Source: Bigelowiella natans CCMP2755 (Eukaryota > Protista > Cercozoa). From it: 64,000 bases of DNA. Every line of letters begins with the position of its first letter. Position 1 is the stretch's first letter. Positions 13,151 through 24,807 of the stretch are shown here, one piece after another. The notes under the pieces are model-generated. The model was not told the origin of the DNA, ran no database searches, and saw only the letters and a program-made list of their open reading frames with translations. The DNA is taken from contig ADNK01001162.1 in assembly GCA_000320545.1 (NCBI GenBank), forward strand, positions 1-64,000. The letters run 5' to 3'. Both the position numbers and the translations under genes were made by a program.

Positions 13151-13886
13151 TCTCTCTCTCTCCCTGTCGTTCAGATTTGATGAAATTTGTTAATTGTAAG
13201 TACGTTTGCAAGCGGCAGTAAACGTCTGCTTTTGCCGTGATTCTAGAATGTTGTCCACCAGAGAACAAAATTCGCGTAGTTGAGGATAGCGTGCACCATA
13301 ATCGATGCTACCGCCGCTGGCAGTACTACTTCCAGCACTAGAAGTTGCCTCCTAAAAGAAGGAAAAGAACACCAGCAGCAGAGAGAACACTCATACTCAT
13401 ATCAACCACATATACTATCTTTCCCCTCTTTTATGTTCCTGGTGGCACTGCTGCTGCTGCATCATTATCGTTCTGGAAGTGCGATTGTCGTATGTAAACA
13501 ACTCCATCACAGCTATAGTAAAGGGACACCACCACCACCACCAGCAGCAATAGCAGCAGTAGCACCAGCAACAACCAATGCGCTTCTTCCATCAACAACA
13601 GTACTTATATAGTGAGAGTACTCCTTTCTTACTTATTACCTGGAACAGGGCATGGGGAATAAATTGGGAAGAAGAATGAGGACCGCTGATCCCTTTCATC
13701 ATCACCAAACTTGCAAGCTTATCAACAACTTCAGTGCTTTTCTGGTCAAGAGCTTGGGCCGCCACATCTATTCTTCCCCTGCGTGTTTTCCCTTCTCCAT
13801 CTATACATTGTATTTAGAAAGAACATCATGAATACCGCAATTTTCTATATTTTCTTTGCAGCATACACTTGTTAATTGTCGCGCGA

Positions 13887-13919
<33 letters not shown>

Positions 13920-14861
13920 TGATACCGCATAGCCTAATATATACCTATATTACTGATCCTCGATCGTTTTTTACAACTGATAGGCAACACGTGGATGTAT
14001 TGTTGTCTTTTTAGCATTTGTTGTATTCATGATGGCGTTCTCACCTTCACTTCCACTGTCCTTCAAACCGCACTTTCTACTACTCTTGCTGTTCTGAAGT
14101 TCTTTTCTAGGCTGGGGAGATCCTCCCCCCATTTTATTTCTGCTGCTATATTCCGGTGATGTAGACGGGGGAAGCATCTGGTGTGCGATACCTTTTTGGC
14201 CTTCTCCCGTTTCATCCACATTCATCGAAGTAGAGTTTGATTTTGCGCTAGTAGCAAGATTAATGATCTGTTTCTTGTTACTATGACCCCCCCCGGTTAT
14301 TCCTCTGGCCACATCGGTTAGAGGAGACACCGAATCGTCGAGGCCAAGACCAACTATAAAATCCCTTCGACGATGATCCTGTATCGTTGCTGTGGTAGTC
14401 TTCCTTCCCCTCTTCTTCTTCTCGCTACTTCTCTTCCTTTTCGGTTGCTGGTTCCACATCCTCTCTCGCCTAGACATGGGTGACGACAACGACGTTCTTT
14501 CTGATGGAGCAAAGAGAGAGGCCAGAAGCTCCTCATCAATTTCATACAAGTCCGGTGGATGGCGATAGATTTTGCTATTCTTCCTCTTCCTTCTCCTGAT
14601 CATGTTGCTGGTGTCACTGCGAATGCCATATTCTTCCATGTGAGTCGATGGTAAGAGTGGAAATGGAGAAGAGATATCTAAATCAAATGTGTAAGAGTAG
14701 GAGGAGGAGGAGGAGGAGGAGGAGGCTGTCGATGATCCTTGGTGGGATGATGATGATGGAGACTGGATGCTAGCATGGCCCAGCGGCCTATGATAATGAT
14801 GATGGTGGTTGCGTTAGTGCGTGCGCGCGCACGTGGATTGTATATGTGTTTATGTATATGA

Positions 14862-14917
<56 letters not shown>

Positions 14918-14981
14918 AGGGTGGTGGGTACACAAACACACACTCAACATACACACACACACACATAAAAATTATATATAC

Positions 14982-15021
<40 letters not shown>

Positions 15022-15194
15022 AAATTTCTATATTCATTTAGTTTTAGTAGCTTGCTTCTTCTTTTCTTGATTGACATTGTGCGTTGATCCTTCTTCTTCT
15101 CCGCCGACATCTGTTTCGACTCCTTCCCTGATGAAAGAGGGGCGCTTGCTTCCGAGGCATTATTATCCTCATCATGCAAGCGACGCTTGAGCAT
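10619..15194 (-). CDS. Large multi-exon protein of unknown function (basic/NLS-like N-terminus, helical C-terminal part)
   Basis: Putative start MLKRRLHDEDNNAS at 15194. Long exon ~13980-14640 plus coding-like exons RFEQILMPRLIRLSRAISRVFF, SQYYLLNSFHSDVVKRLVQ, ASILQDFLTKPKIFRLD and FYVRHTNLYPHFFADISEHHKFYEE..QAWF* (stop 10619). Single-gene assembly is inferred. Confidence 0.5.
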
Positions 15195-15268
15195 CTCGAT
15201 GTATGTTTGGATCCATCCAGTTATCTTATGTTAAATAGTAGTAGCAACACATAGTGTTTGTATACGTG

Positions 15269-15871
15269 TCACTCATCTGCACAAAAAGAGTCAGTGATTC
15301 CGAAATTCAGAAAATAATATACGCAATGTGATGTTTTAGTTGGGAGTAGTAGGACCGGCGGCATATCTTCCTCCAACTTTTCCACAAGCAACCGTAATTT
15401 CCTGGAAGAAATTGCATGCCTCTCAAAGTACATTCCTACCACAAGATCCTCCAAGATTGCTGGCGGTATACAAGAAGCCCGGATCCTGAAGGATTAGAAG
15501 GAAATTACTGCAAAAACCGATTATCTCCAGAAAGCAACAATCGAAGAAGTGCAGACTACTGACGTCCGTTGTAGCCCTTGGGACCCAGCATCGATAATCT
15601 CTTTTTTCAGCAGAAGCTCCAGGCTGTTCGCTGCCATGAGAGCAATCAGAAGTTCTTTATCCTCCCCGCTACTAGTCTTTCTCTTCCTGGTGGTTTGCCT
15701 TGTCCTGGAGGAGCACACCTTGTAGTTTGTTTCAAAGTTCTTCTTAGAAACCATTGTCGCAGGGCAAAAGTGCCTTGCTTCTGCAACAAACATGCTTGTT
15801 AAATTAAAAGTTAACTTAAAAGTTCTCCTTATAAACCATTGTCGCAGGAAAAAAACGCCATGCTTCTGCAA
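15269..15871 (-). other. Possible short coding fragments or degenerate gene
   Basis: ORFs 15269-15454 and 15521-15871 have protein-like composition but no recognisable motif. Confidence 0.25.
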
Positions 15872-15875
15872 CTAA
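15748..15875 (+). repeat. Imperfect ~43-bp direct repeat (2 copies, 85 bp apart)
   Basis: aaaccattgtcgcagggcaaaagtgccttgcttctgcaac at 15748 and aaaccattgtcgcaggaaaaaaacgccatgcttctgcaac at 15833. Confidence 0.8.
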
Positions 15876-16023
15876 TTTACGTGTTCGTTCAATAATCTTC
15901 GGACATTAGCGGACACTAACGGGCACTAACGGGCAACAATGCTCTCTCCCCGTTTCCGTGAAGATCTTCACACGTGACTCAATCCTTAGTGGATCTTTTG
16001 ACGCGAAAAAGGGAAGCTAGACG

Positions 16024-16515
16024 ATGGTGAAAGAATCTCTAGCGGGAGAAATTCGAAAGCACAGGTACCTATCCTACGAAGCTTGCGTTCGGAAGCTCAA
16101 GCTTTGGTGTGTTCTCAGCGTTCTGAGGTGTGGGGAATTCAGATCCAGCTTGCAAAGCAGGAAATCTTGAAATTTGAGCATCGCTTGGGCAACTGAGAAG
16201 AATGACGAGAAGGTGGAGGCGCTCAAGGGTGCCATTGAAAATTGGACGAGGAAATCCGGAGGAAGGAGGCAGAACTGAAGGATGTGACAAAAGAGTTCAA
16301 GAAGGCAACCCAAGGTTGTGAACTCTGTCAACATCTGAGGAACAATCGGTGTGCTGAGATGTTTTTGATCAAGAAGGAAATGAGAGCAACCAAAGAACTC
16401 TTCACGGAGCAAGGTGCTGAAGGAACTTGACAAATCTTTCGGGTAGCGACTTTTGACATGCGAACAAGAAACGCCAAAAGAACCAGAACCAGAGAAACGT
16501 TTCAGAAAGTTGAAC
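16024..16515 (+). pseudogene. Frame-disrupted coiled-coil protein relic inside TpA-depleted island 2
   Basis: MVKESLAGEIRKH.. from 16024, then DEEIRRKEAELKDVTKEFKKATQGCELCQHLRNNRCAEMFLIKKEMRATKELF. The K/E-rich reading shifts frame, Tyr is absent, and Cys occurs where Tyr would be plausible. Confidence 0.5.
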
Positions 16516-17128
16516 TGCAGTGCAGTCAATTGAACAGGTCCCATTGAACATTGAACATTGAACTTGGCATGCTTGTTGCTGAAAATCACACACAGAGATC
16601 TTTCTTGGTCCACAGCTCACTGGCGGCGCTGCAGGTTGTCACGCGGCTGCTGTGCCATTTGGGTTTTCATGGGTCGATTTTGCCCCACCACAAGCAGAAA
16701 GAAAGAAAGACACATGATGATTTGCTGGGCTTCCAAAGTGTGCACGTGAAACACGCAAAGTGCGAAACGCAGTGCCTCGAGTTTGAAATTTCAAGGAGGA
16801 CTGAAAACTCAAATGTGCGACTGCACTGCTTTGCTTGCTCCCACCAGAGCTAGAGAGGCGAGCGTGATCATCGCAACTGTGTCTAGCTGTCCTGCCCATG
16901 TGGTGGGTGCATGCATGCACGCATGATGCAAACACCACGTTTGCAGTGCACAAAGTGCTAGAGTAGCCCCATGGGCTCCATTCGTGCACATCTGACATGG
17001 TCAACAAATTCATCACATCCGTCTCATCTCATGTTTGCAGCGCACGTGCGCGTGAGCTTTCGTGTGCTCATCTAGTCATGGATTCGGCGCGCTGCATCCT
17101 TGCATTGTCCAATGAATCGGACATTGAT
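16078..17128. other. TpA-depleted (hypermutated) island 2
   Basis: 6 TpA in about 1.05 kb: 4 CTAG and 2 GTAG. Confidence 0.85.
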
Positions 17129-17419
17129 TAAATTAAGGGAGCAACCACATCTACGTACACCCATTACACAGGCACACGATTGCATCATGACATGATGAAG
17201 CATGGCGAAGAACACGTAAATGCACGATCTTTTCATTTGCCCTATAGCGGCCACGCGTGACAGGTCACGCGAGACAGACTATGCAATAAATGAAAAATGA
17301 CTGGAATATATTAATCACTATGTACCCAATACACGACGACTTCAGTTAAGTTACCACCGTAAAACTGAGATGGAACTGACAGTGGTCGGGAAATATCTTC
17401 CTTTGTCGCAAACTAGTAC

Positions 17420-19130
17420 TTACGCTTCCATCATCGAAACTTTGAGTGTGTCAGGCGCCTATTTGATGTAACAACGTTGAGCAGGATCGCATAAGTTTGT
17501 TAAAGAGTAACAATTTAAGAGCGCACAAAGACTAAATTACCCGTTCTGGACTAGACGGATTAAAGCCGAAAAATCCTTAGTAGTTGAGGAAGAGAATGAG
17601 TTCAAATTCGCATAATAGTAGTAGCCTACTGATAAAACGTCGTAGAATCAACCTGCTCAGTGGATTTCCAATTCTTATCGCCTCTTGCTATGACAAAGTG
17701 CCAACCCGCGCATTCATTTAACCATGGTATACGTTCTACAAACATACAAAAGTTATTCGTAGGTAAATACACAACTACAATGACAACAACTTACCATTGT
17801 AGGTATCCCGTGTACTTTGTATTGCGTATGCAGGCCTGGTCTTGTCTAGTTCCAGATATGCGACAATATCCTAATGGCGATATTCAGTGATATCACAACA
17901 AAGCCAAAATCCAGAGTATATCCCTATCATCATTTTTATTCACAACCTCAATGTCTCTGACTATCTCTACGACTCGCGGATGGGACTTCAACACTTCCTG
18001 TAAGATTTACGATTTGATTTTTATTGGAATAGTACTTGGGAGCAGAATCAATTTACATTTGGTAAGTACCCTATTTGAGGGAGTTACAACTATACCGCCT
18101 CCACATGCAATAACGGAACCGTAGGGATGCTCATTAAGAATGTTCATGAACACTGAAGGTACAGATATATATCATCTAAAGATTATTCCGAAGGGTGGCA
18201 GATAATGTCTTCTTCCACCTTTATTTTCTGCGTCTCGAAATGCTTTCCATCCGTTTGAATTGATAAAAGACTTTATGTTAGTGCCGATATAACGCTCAAT
18301 TTCCGTATCCACATCGATGACGGATAGTCCAAGCTCAGATCCAGCAGCAGCGCTATCCAAATATGTGACCACAGCAACACCAATCATTTTTTCCGCCAGA
18401 GAAGCAATAAAGGTATATCTTGAACCCACGCAGTATTGAGAAAAAGAGATATACTATAACATAGCAGTCTTGCTTCCCCTTCTTGCTCTTACACTCACGT
18501 CTGCTATTATTGCGAGGTACCACATTCCTAAACTAACTCTACAATGCACCAATCAACCTCCCATCTAACCAACGAAGATCTTCTTGCAATACCTTAGCGT
18601 CGTTTTCCCGGCTCCTCTCATTCCAATTATTACCACAGATGGTTTACCCTTTTGACATTTAACTTTGGCCAAGTCTCTAAATAAATCGAGAATTTGATGT
18701 GTTTTTATGTACAAAAACTGGATCTCAACCTGTGTCCAGGATTGATGCTTTCTTCTGGCTGGGCACATGCGTACACATGTGACCATCCGAGCAAGCCAAT
18801 CCCGACTCCGAAAACTATTCCATACAAACCAAATGATGGGAACTCGAGCTATATCAGGTATCATTAGTATGAACACCATTCCTAAGTCCAAAGAGTAGTC
18901 CTGGCAAAGAAGGTCTTCGGCTTGGATGCATTCGCCTTAGGGATGCTGTGAGTTGGGATATGGGTCGATTTCTAGGGATCTTCAAAAGATTTATTGATCT
19001 TTTGAATAATTTGGATGGAAATAGCATGATTAATGAAGAAGGGGGGTTGGTTCTTGAGGGGGGTTCGGCAAGCCGAGCCGATGCTACAGAGAATTGACAC
19101 GTAATTCCTCAGAGATGCTGAGAGACGGGT
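17420..19130 (-). CDS. Stand-alone shikimate kinase of the AROM-domain type (multi-exon; 5' and 3' ends uncertain)
   Basis: Exons: SVVIIGMRGAGKTTL (P-loop), VIDVDTEIERYIGTNIKSFINSNGWKAFRDAE, GSVIACGGGIVVTP, EVLKSHPRVVEIVRDIE, DIVAYLELDKTRPAY. Confidence 0.8.
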
Positions 19131-19537
19131 TCGAGAAAGCTCCAAAAGATCTCGGTATCTAGGATATCATTTAGCCCGAAGGGGGATATTTGACTTGACG
19201 TCAACACTTGTTCCTTGCCGTATGTATTAATTACCCTTTATATCTGGAGGGAAATTATTCCTGGGCGGTAGATTTTGTAATTGGTTCAATTTATGAGATA
19301 TCTACATAAATGTGATGCAATTATAAAATGAGACAACAATAAATGTTTTATGGTAGGAAGAAAATCATGGTTTTAATTCCTGAAAAACATAATATGAGTC
19401 TTGATCTCATTTGCTGACGGCGGCCCAATCTGCCTACCCCCCTCAGGTAGGCTGCCCCACGGCTTCATCGTCATTTACGCGTTTTCATACATCACAAGCT
19501 CCACATTAAACTTTCATATTTGCACTAAAGTAGTACC

Positions 19538-20294
19538 ATGTCTGGAGAAGAAGATTATTCTTGGGAAGAAGTGTCCGCAGCCAAGAGCGCGCAAAGCTCG
19601 GGAGGCGCAAATTCCACCTACATTTCGGTCGCCTTTCTTCTCTCCGTCCTTCCAGTGTGTAAGTGAAACCTTTAACTTCTTACCCTAGATTTCAATATGA
19701 TAAGATTTAAGCATAATCCTCATCACTAATTTCGTTTCTGTCGACAGTCCTTTTCTACACAGTCTACAAGCTCCACGACATTCTCGTTGTCTATGTCGTA
19801 GTCACGGCCATCAGTACTGTCCTTCTCTCTACAGCTTATCAAAAAGTAATGACTCGCGAGAAATACAGGTGGGTAAAATCACTTTGATTTCCAAGCTGTT
19901 GGAAATCTCACACGCCGAAATATCTAGATTTCTTTAGAAAATTAAATCATTAATGAATTAACCACAGGCTAATGGGATACCGAAGGGAAGCTGTCAAGAA
20001 CCACCGAAAATATGGATTGACGCAAGCTGAATTCGAAAAGGAACAAAACACCCTCACAAGCAACGAAGCTCTCTACTTTTCTCTCTTCAGGTAGTATTGT
20101 TTAGCATTAAAAAAATTATGCTATCATCTTCTATTCTTAAAACCACTTTTTGGAACAGGAACAATCTCACCTACGTCATCTTCTTCCTATTCTTTGCATT
20201 CTATGCATTCCGAGATATCAACCGTGATTTCTGTTACGCGATATCCGTTGGCCTTTCTTCCGTTCTTGTATGGAAGTTCTCTGACTGGGTCTGA
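19538..20294 (+). CDS. SSR3: Translocon-associated protein gamma subunit (TRAP-gamma), 4 exons
   Basis: MSGEEDYSWEEV..ISVAFLLSVLPV / LFYTVYKLHDILVVYVVVTAISTVLLSTAYQKV / NEALYFSLF / NNLTYVIFFLFFAFYAFRDINRDFCYAISVGLSSVLVW matches the 4-TM layout and FSIFYNN-like motif of TRAP-gamma. Confidence 0.75.
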
Positions 20295-21131
20295 GCAAAG
20301 TGATAAATGCACATTAGTTTATGAATTGCAAACTTACTTTATGATAGAATTCGTTTATTAATAAAGTGGATTGAAGTATCCATATTATTGGTGTGTGCAA
20401 GTAAATATTGTGTAATAGTTACTTTATCAATGCTAAATATGTCGTATTGGTACGTTTATTTGTTCGGTTAGCATGCATTATTGCATATATACTAGTATGT
20501 AGCATCATGTGACTTGTCTAACCAGTTGTGACATAGCTTTAATCTACGTTGTGGAAATTAACCACTGCATCGCAGCGCGAATTATATAGCTTCAACGCTC
20601 TAGTGCTATCTAACTATGTGCGTGCGAAGTAATGCTAGAATGCTCACCGCGAGCTAGCATAGCCGCCACGCCACATTATAGCTCTAGAGCTGGTTGTAGG
20701 AGCAGAATGTAGTCAATTGACTATCTAGCAGATTGATGAAAACTTGTAAAAATCAATTCATTTTGCCCGTATACGTCTGATACGATATCGCGAGCAACAG
20801 ACGCTACGGCAGCTAGCAGCGCTAGCTAGAGCGTGTAAGCGCATCAGTGTAGTCATCTAGTCCACACAGTGGTCATGCAGTCTAGCAGTGCATACTAGCA
20901 TATAATTGTACACTAGTACAGAGTGAGTCGCTTATTTACGCGCGGCATTCTATGCAACATTTAGATGTATTGATCGTCGTCATGCTGATACATTATGTGA
21001 TCTGCATTGTAGATTTAGCCATCACTAGTAATCGCTGCACGCGACACATAGAATGACGTACACTAGCTACACATTACAAAGACGTATATGCTAGTATAAG
21101 CTGTCTACTGCGCTGCCGCGATTATCACACA

Positions 21132-21175
<44 letters not shown>

Positions 21176-21395
21176 ACACATGGGTACATGGCATTGGTTG
21201 TTAACCACAAGTTTTGACTTAGTGGAGTGGGTGAAGATGTAGTTAATAGCTAGCTCAGCTGACATTTGCACCCAGCCATGCTTACACTTGTCATGCAGTA
21301 TCAGTACATAGATGCAGTACGATGTACGCAAATGCACGAGTCCGAGAAGCAATGCAGTAGGGCGTCAAGTGTCTGGAACAGGAGGCGTATCTTTC

Positions 21396-24126
21396 TCAGA
21401 ATTGGAATTGGCCGGTAGAACCAGTCTTACCAATCTGAATGGGGGCTTTCTCCTTTGCCCCATCTCCAAAAAATGCAGTTGCCTTTACATTACCGAACAC
21501 ATTTGCGCCCTCATATGCTCCCGAAACTGTGAACGTAAGCGTTTTGGATGCATCTGACCAAGTGAATAGGATCGTACGAGTGGATTGATCTGAGTCGGTG
21601 GAGTATCCCATTGTCTCTCCATCATCTTCGGTAAAAAGAAAACTTCCATCAGAACCAGGATAAATGTGGACATTAAGAGGCTGTTCATGTTCCTGGTCGC
21701 TATATTGTAGGACAGGTCCGACGGGGATTATACCGCCAGCCTTAACATAAACAGGAATGTGATCAAGTGCTACATTTTCAAGGCTAATATCAGTAGGTCC
21801 CTGATGAGTTGTTGTGGTGTTGAACTCATACCAAGTACCAACAGGGAGGTAGACGTCGGTCGTGTTGTCTTGCTGGAGTACAGGAGCCACTAACATAGAG
21901 TCTCCGTCCATCCATTCTAGAGTCATATCTTCAGTTTTTGGGTCATTTGTGTACAACATTGACAAAGGCCTCATCATTGGCAAACCGTTCGACTTGAAAG
22001 CACTGTGTGCAAGCGAGTAGTGGTATGGGATCAGCATGTAGCGAAGGTTGAGGGTTTTTCGCATAGCATCCGCAGCTTCATCGCCGTACAAAAATGGAAA
22101 GTGAGGCTCATCATCAAGGGTGGAATGCACGCGCATTATCGGCATAAAGGTCGCATATTGCATCCAGCGCGTGAGTAACAATGGTGTATCATTATCCCCA
22201 TTGAATCCTCCCGTGTCGCAGGTGACAAGATGCGTTCCTGCCAAACCCCAGTTAAGAATGTAACCGGGTTGATTCCTGAGGGAATCCCATGATACCGGTA
22301 CATCTCCTGTCCAAGTTGCTGCCCCCATTCGTTGCATCCCAGGTGTGAAGGAGCGGTTGATTGTCCAGAAGCGTTTCTTACCCGCGCTCTCTTTTGAGAG
22401 TCCTACATACTGAGCCAAATTCCAGTAGTAAAACGCAAAATAGTAACTCTCGCCTTCATCGTTCCAGAAATAATCCACTCCATCAGTAAGGTAGTGATTC
22501 TGCTCGGACATGTACCAATCCCTAACAGCCTCAATGGAGTAGTTGAGATTTCGAGACCCGCCCGGGGCGCCACCACCGTGAGGGGCTGTGACAGTCCAGT
22601 TCTTGCTATGAGCCATCACCAGCAGCTCACTGTTACCGAGGCGTGGCTTCCTGATACCACCAAATCGAATGTGCAAGTCATCGTGATAATGTTTAAGCTG
22701 CGCAGTTGGGTCAGGGAATGTGATATTGTTGTAGCCGAAGTCTTCATAGTCTGGTTCTCCCTGATCCGGCAACGAGTAGTCAGGATGCACAGCGAACCAC
22801 TCAAAGTCTGAAATCCAAGAGTCGATTGGGAAACTCTGCTTTCTGAACGTTTGGAGAACGCCCTCAATATAGTCGCTGTCCTTCCAACCCCATCTTGAAA
22901 CGTGGAAACCGAACGCATATCGAGGAGGCACAGCAGGCCTTCCCGTTAGATCCCAGAGGGCGGAAACACCTTCTGACATTGTTTTGGCTGGGATGAGGTA
23001 TAGATCTAAAGAAGGGCCAGCAACATCCCATTGCAAGAGAGACGCTTCCTGGTTAAATTCCCAACTTGCAGGATAGCAATAAAGGCAATCGACGCTTTGC
23101 TGCTGAGCAGAAACTACAAGAGCACGGTAGCCATCGCTCGACCAGAATGTAGGAGCTTCAAACTCTGTGTTTGTAACCTTAGAAGAGGAAGACTTACGTG
23201 TGAGGGATTGTGCATTTCCGGAACCTGCCCCGTCACCATAGAATCGTGCAGAAGAAGAAGCGCCAAGTTTCAGCTGGATAGGGGCGCCTGGGAAGACCCC
23301 TCCGACAGTGCGGTCCTCTGCATTATGGATCCCTGTCAAAAGATAAAGCAACATAATGAATCGTCTTAAAAAACTTGATGTAAATCGCGCATAAATCCTG
23401 AAAAAAATGAATCTCTGAAAAAAAATGAAGCAAAACCTGAGGTTGATTGCAGTAACCAGCAATTCGTTCCTTGAGAATCCCCGGCTGCAAATACCCAGAC
23501 CTGGTATAATTAGATATTTTAGTATTACTCTGCTAGAAAATAACAGAGTAACAAGGAGAGAGATGAAGAAGTGCAGCAGTTAGGACCACCTTACAATCCG
23601 TTGTGTTATTGCACGTCTCGCAGCATTCCTCCTGGGAGACGCCTCCAATTCCGTCCGGGTATTTTTCAGATCGCGTACCATCATTCACATCGTAGCCCGA
23701 ATATACAGAGGAGCTGCAGGTATCGAAGGATCCCACTTTTGGTTGTGGCACAGTGAAGAGGGATCCAGTTTTAGTGATGACTTTGCCCTTTGCGTCGGTC
23801 ATGGTGAATGCGGAAGACGTCGTATCCATGCTCAAGCTCCCGAACTCTGTGGCAAGGTTAATTAACGTACCCTCCGTGCTAGTTTTGAACGTAGCATACG
23901 AAGCTGGCGTTGATGTCATAGGGTTGGGGATAGATTGCGGTGGTGAAGAAATGTCATTGCTTCGAATTGAGATGCGAAATGCACCCTCTCCGAAAACAGC
24001 AAGCTCAACCCCTACATCTCCAACCCCAAACCATACGCCATGGTCTGTGGGAGCACTTGCCAAGTGAGGGTTGTAAGCGGAAGCTTGATTAACGAATGCA
24101 ACTGCAGCAGCGAGTAACAGAAGCAT
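21396..24126 (-). CDS. Secreted glycoside hydrolase family 31 (alpha-glucosidase/xylosidase-like) with inserted PAN/Apple domain; exons 24126-23590, 23500-23437, 23332-21396
   Basis: Signal peptide MLLLLAAAVAFVNQASA. GH31 motifs LTGRPAVPPRYAFGFHVSRWGW, YFWNDEGE (nucleophile), TWTGD, TCDTGGF, RWMQYATFMPIMRVH, PMMRPL, EDDGET. All introns are GT-AG and frame-preserving. Confidence 0.92.
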
Positions 24127-24807
24127 GGCGGTGTGGGGCGGCTTTGCCGCTCTTTGAGTTTTAGGGTTGGTTTATTGCTGTCGAATGGACTGGAAAATAG
24201 GCCAAATTTGATGGAATTTGATCCAAAATAGGCGAAATACTGGCAGAAAGGGAGAGCTTGCTTTACGCATGCCGCAGTCGGCAATACCTCCAATGACTAC
24301 TACCATGTTGTTGCTATTGTTGGGATGAAGACTCTCATTTCTTCTTCTACATTTTAGTCAAATCCTGCATAAAAGTACTTAAAAAACAGCACCGCAGACC
24401 TTCCGATGTCGGCGACATGATCGAGACATCTCCGGCATGTGCACCGTTATTCTAATGGAAATGGCTTAAAATGCAACCCATTTATCGTGAATTCGGGTGT
24501 AACGGACATAACGGCTGTCATGATGGCAGTGACGGATGAATCCCGGAACTACCACACTTGTCTGCGGTTACGTCCTCCTCCTCTTCCTTTTCTGGGAGAT
24601 AAACAGAGCAGCTTTGTGCACATAGATCTATCCAAGCTCTACGTCACCCCTTCCTCGAGGCATAGTTTCCCCCGGAAAAACAAGGAATATGACGATCCAA
24701 GTCATGAGTATTGGAAATTAAAGTTCTAGGATAAACGAGACTGAGTTGATATCAGGACTGTATCTGGGTCCATGTTCCCTAAAAATAATTCAAAGCGTTG
24801 CATCCAC

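Noticed and set aside
19050-19150. GC-rich stretch with GGTTCG motifs suggestive of a tRNA T-loop
   Set aside because: No cloverleaf with acceptor and anticodon stems could be folded. It is probably 5' sequence of the shikimate kinase gene.
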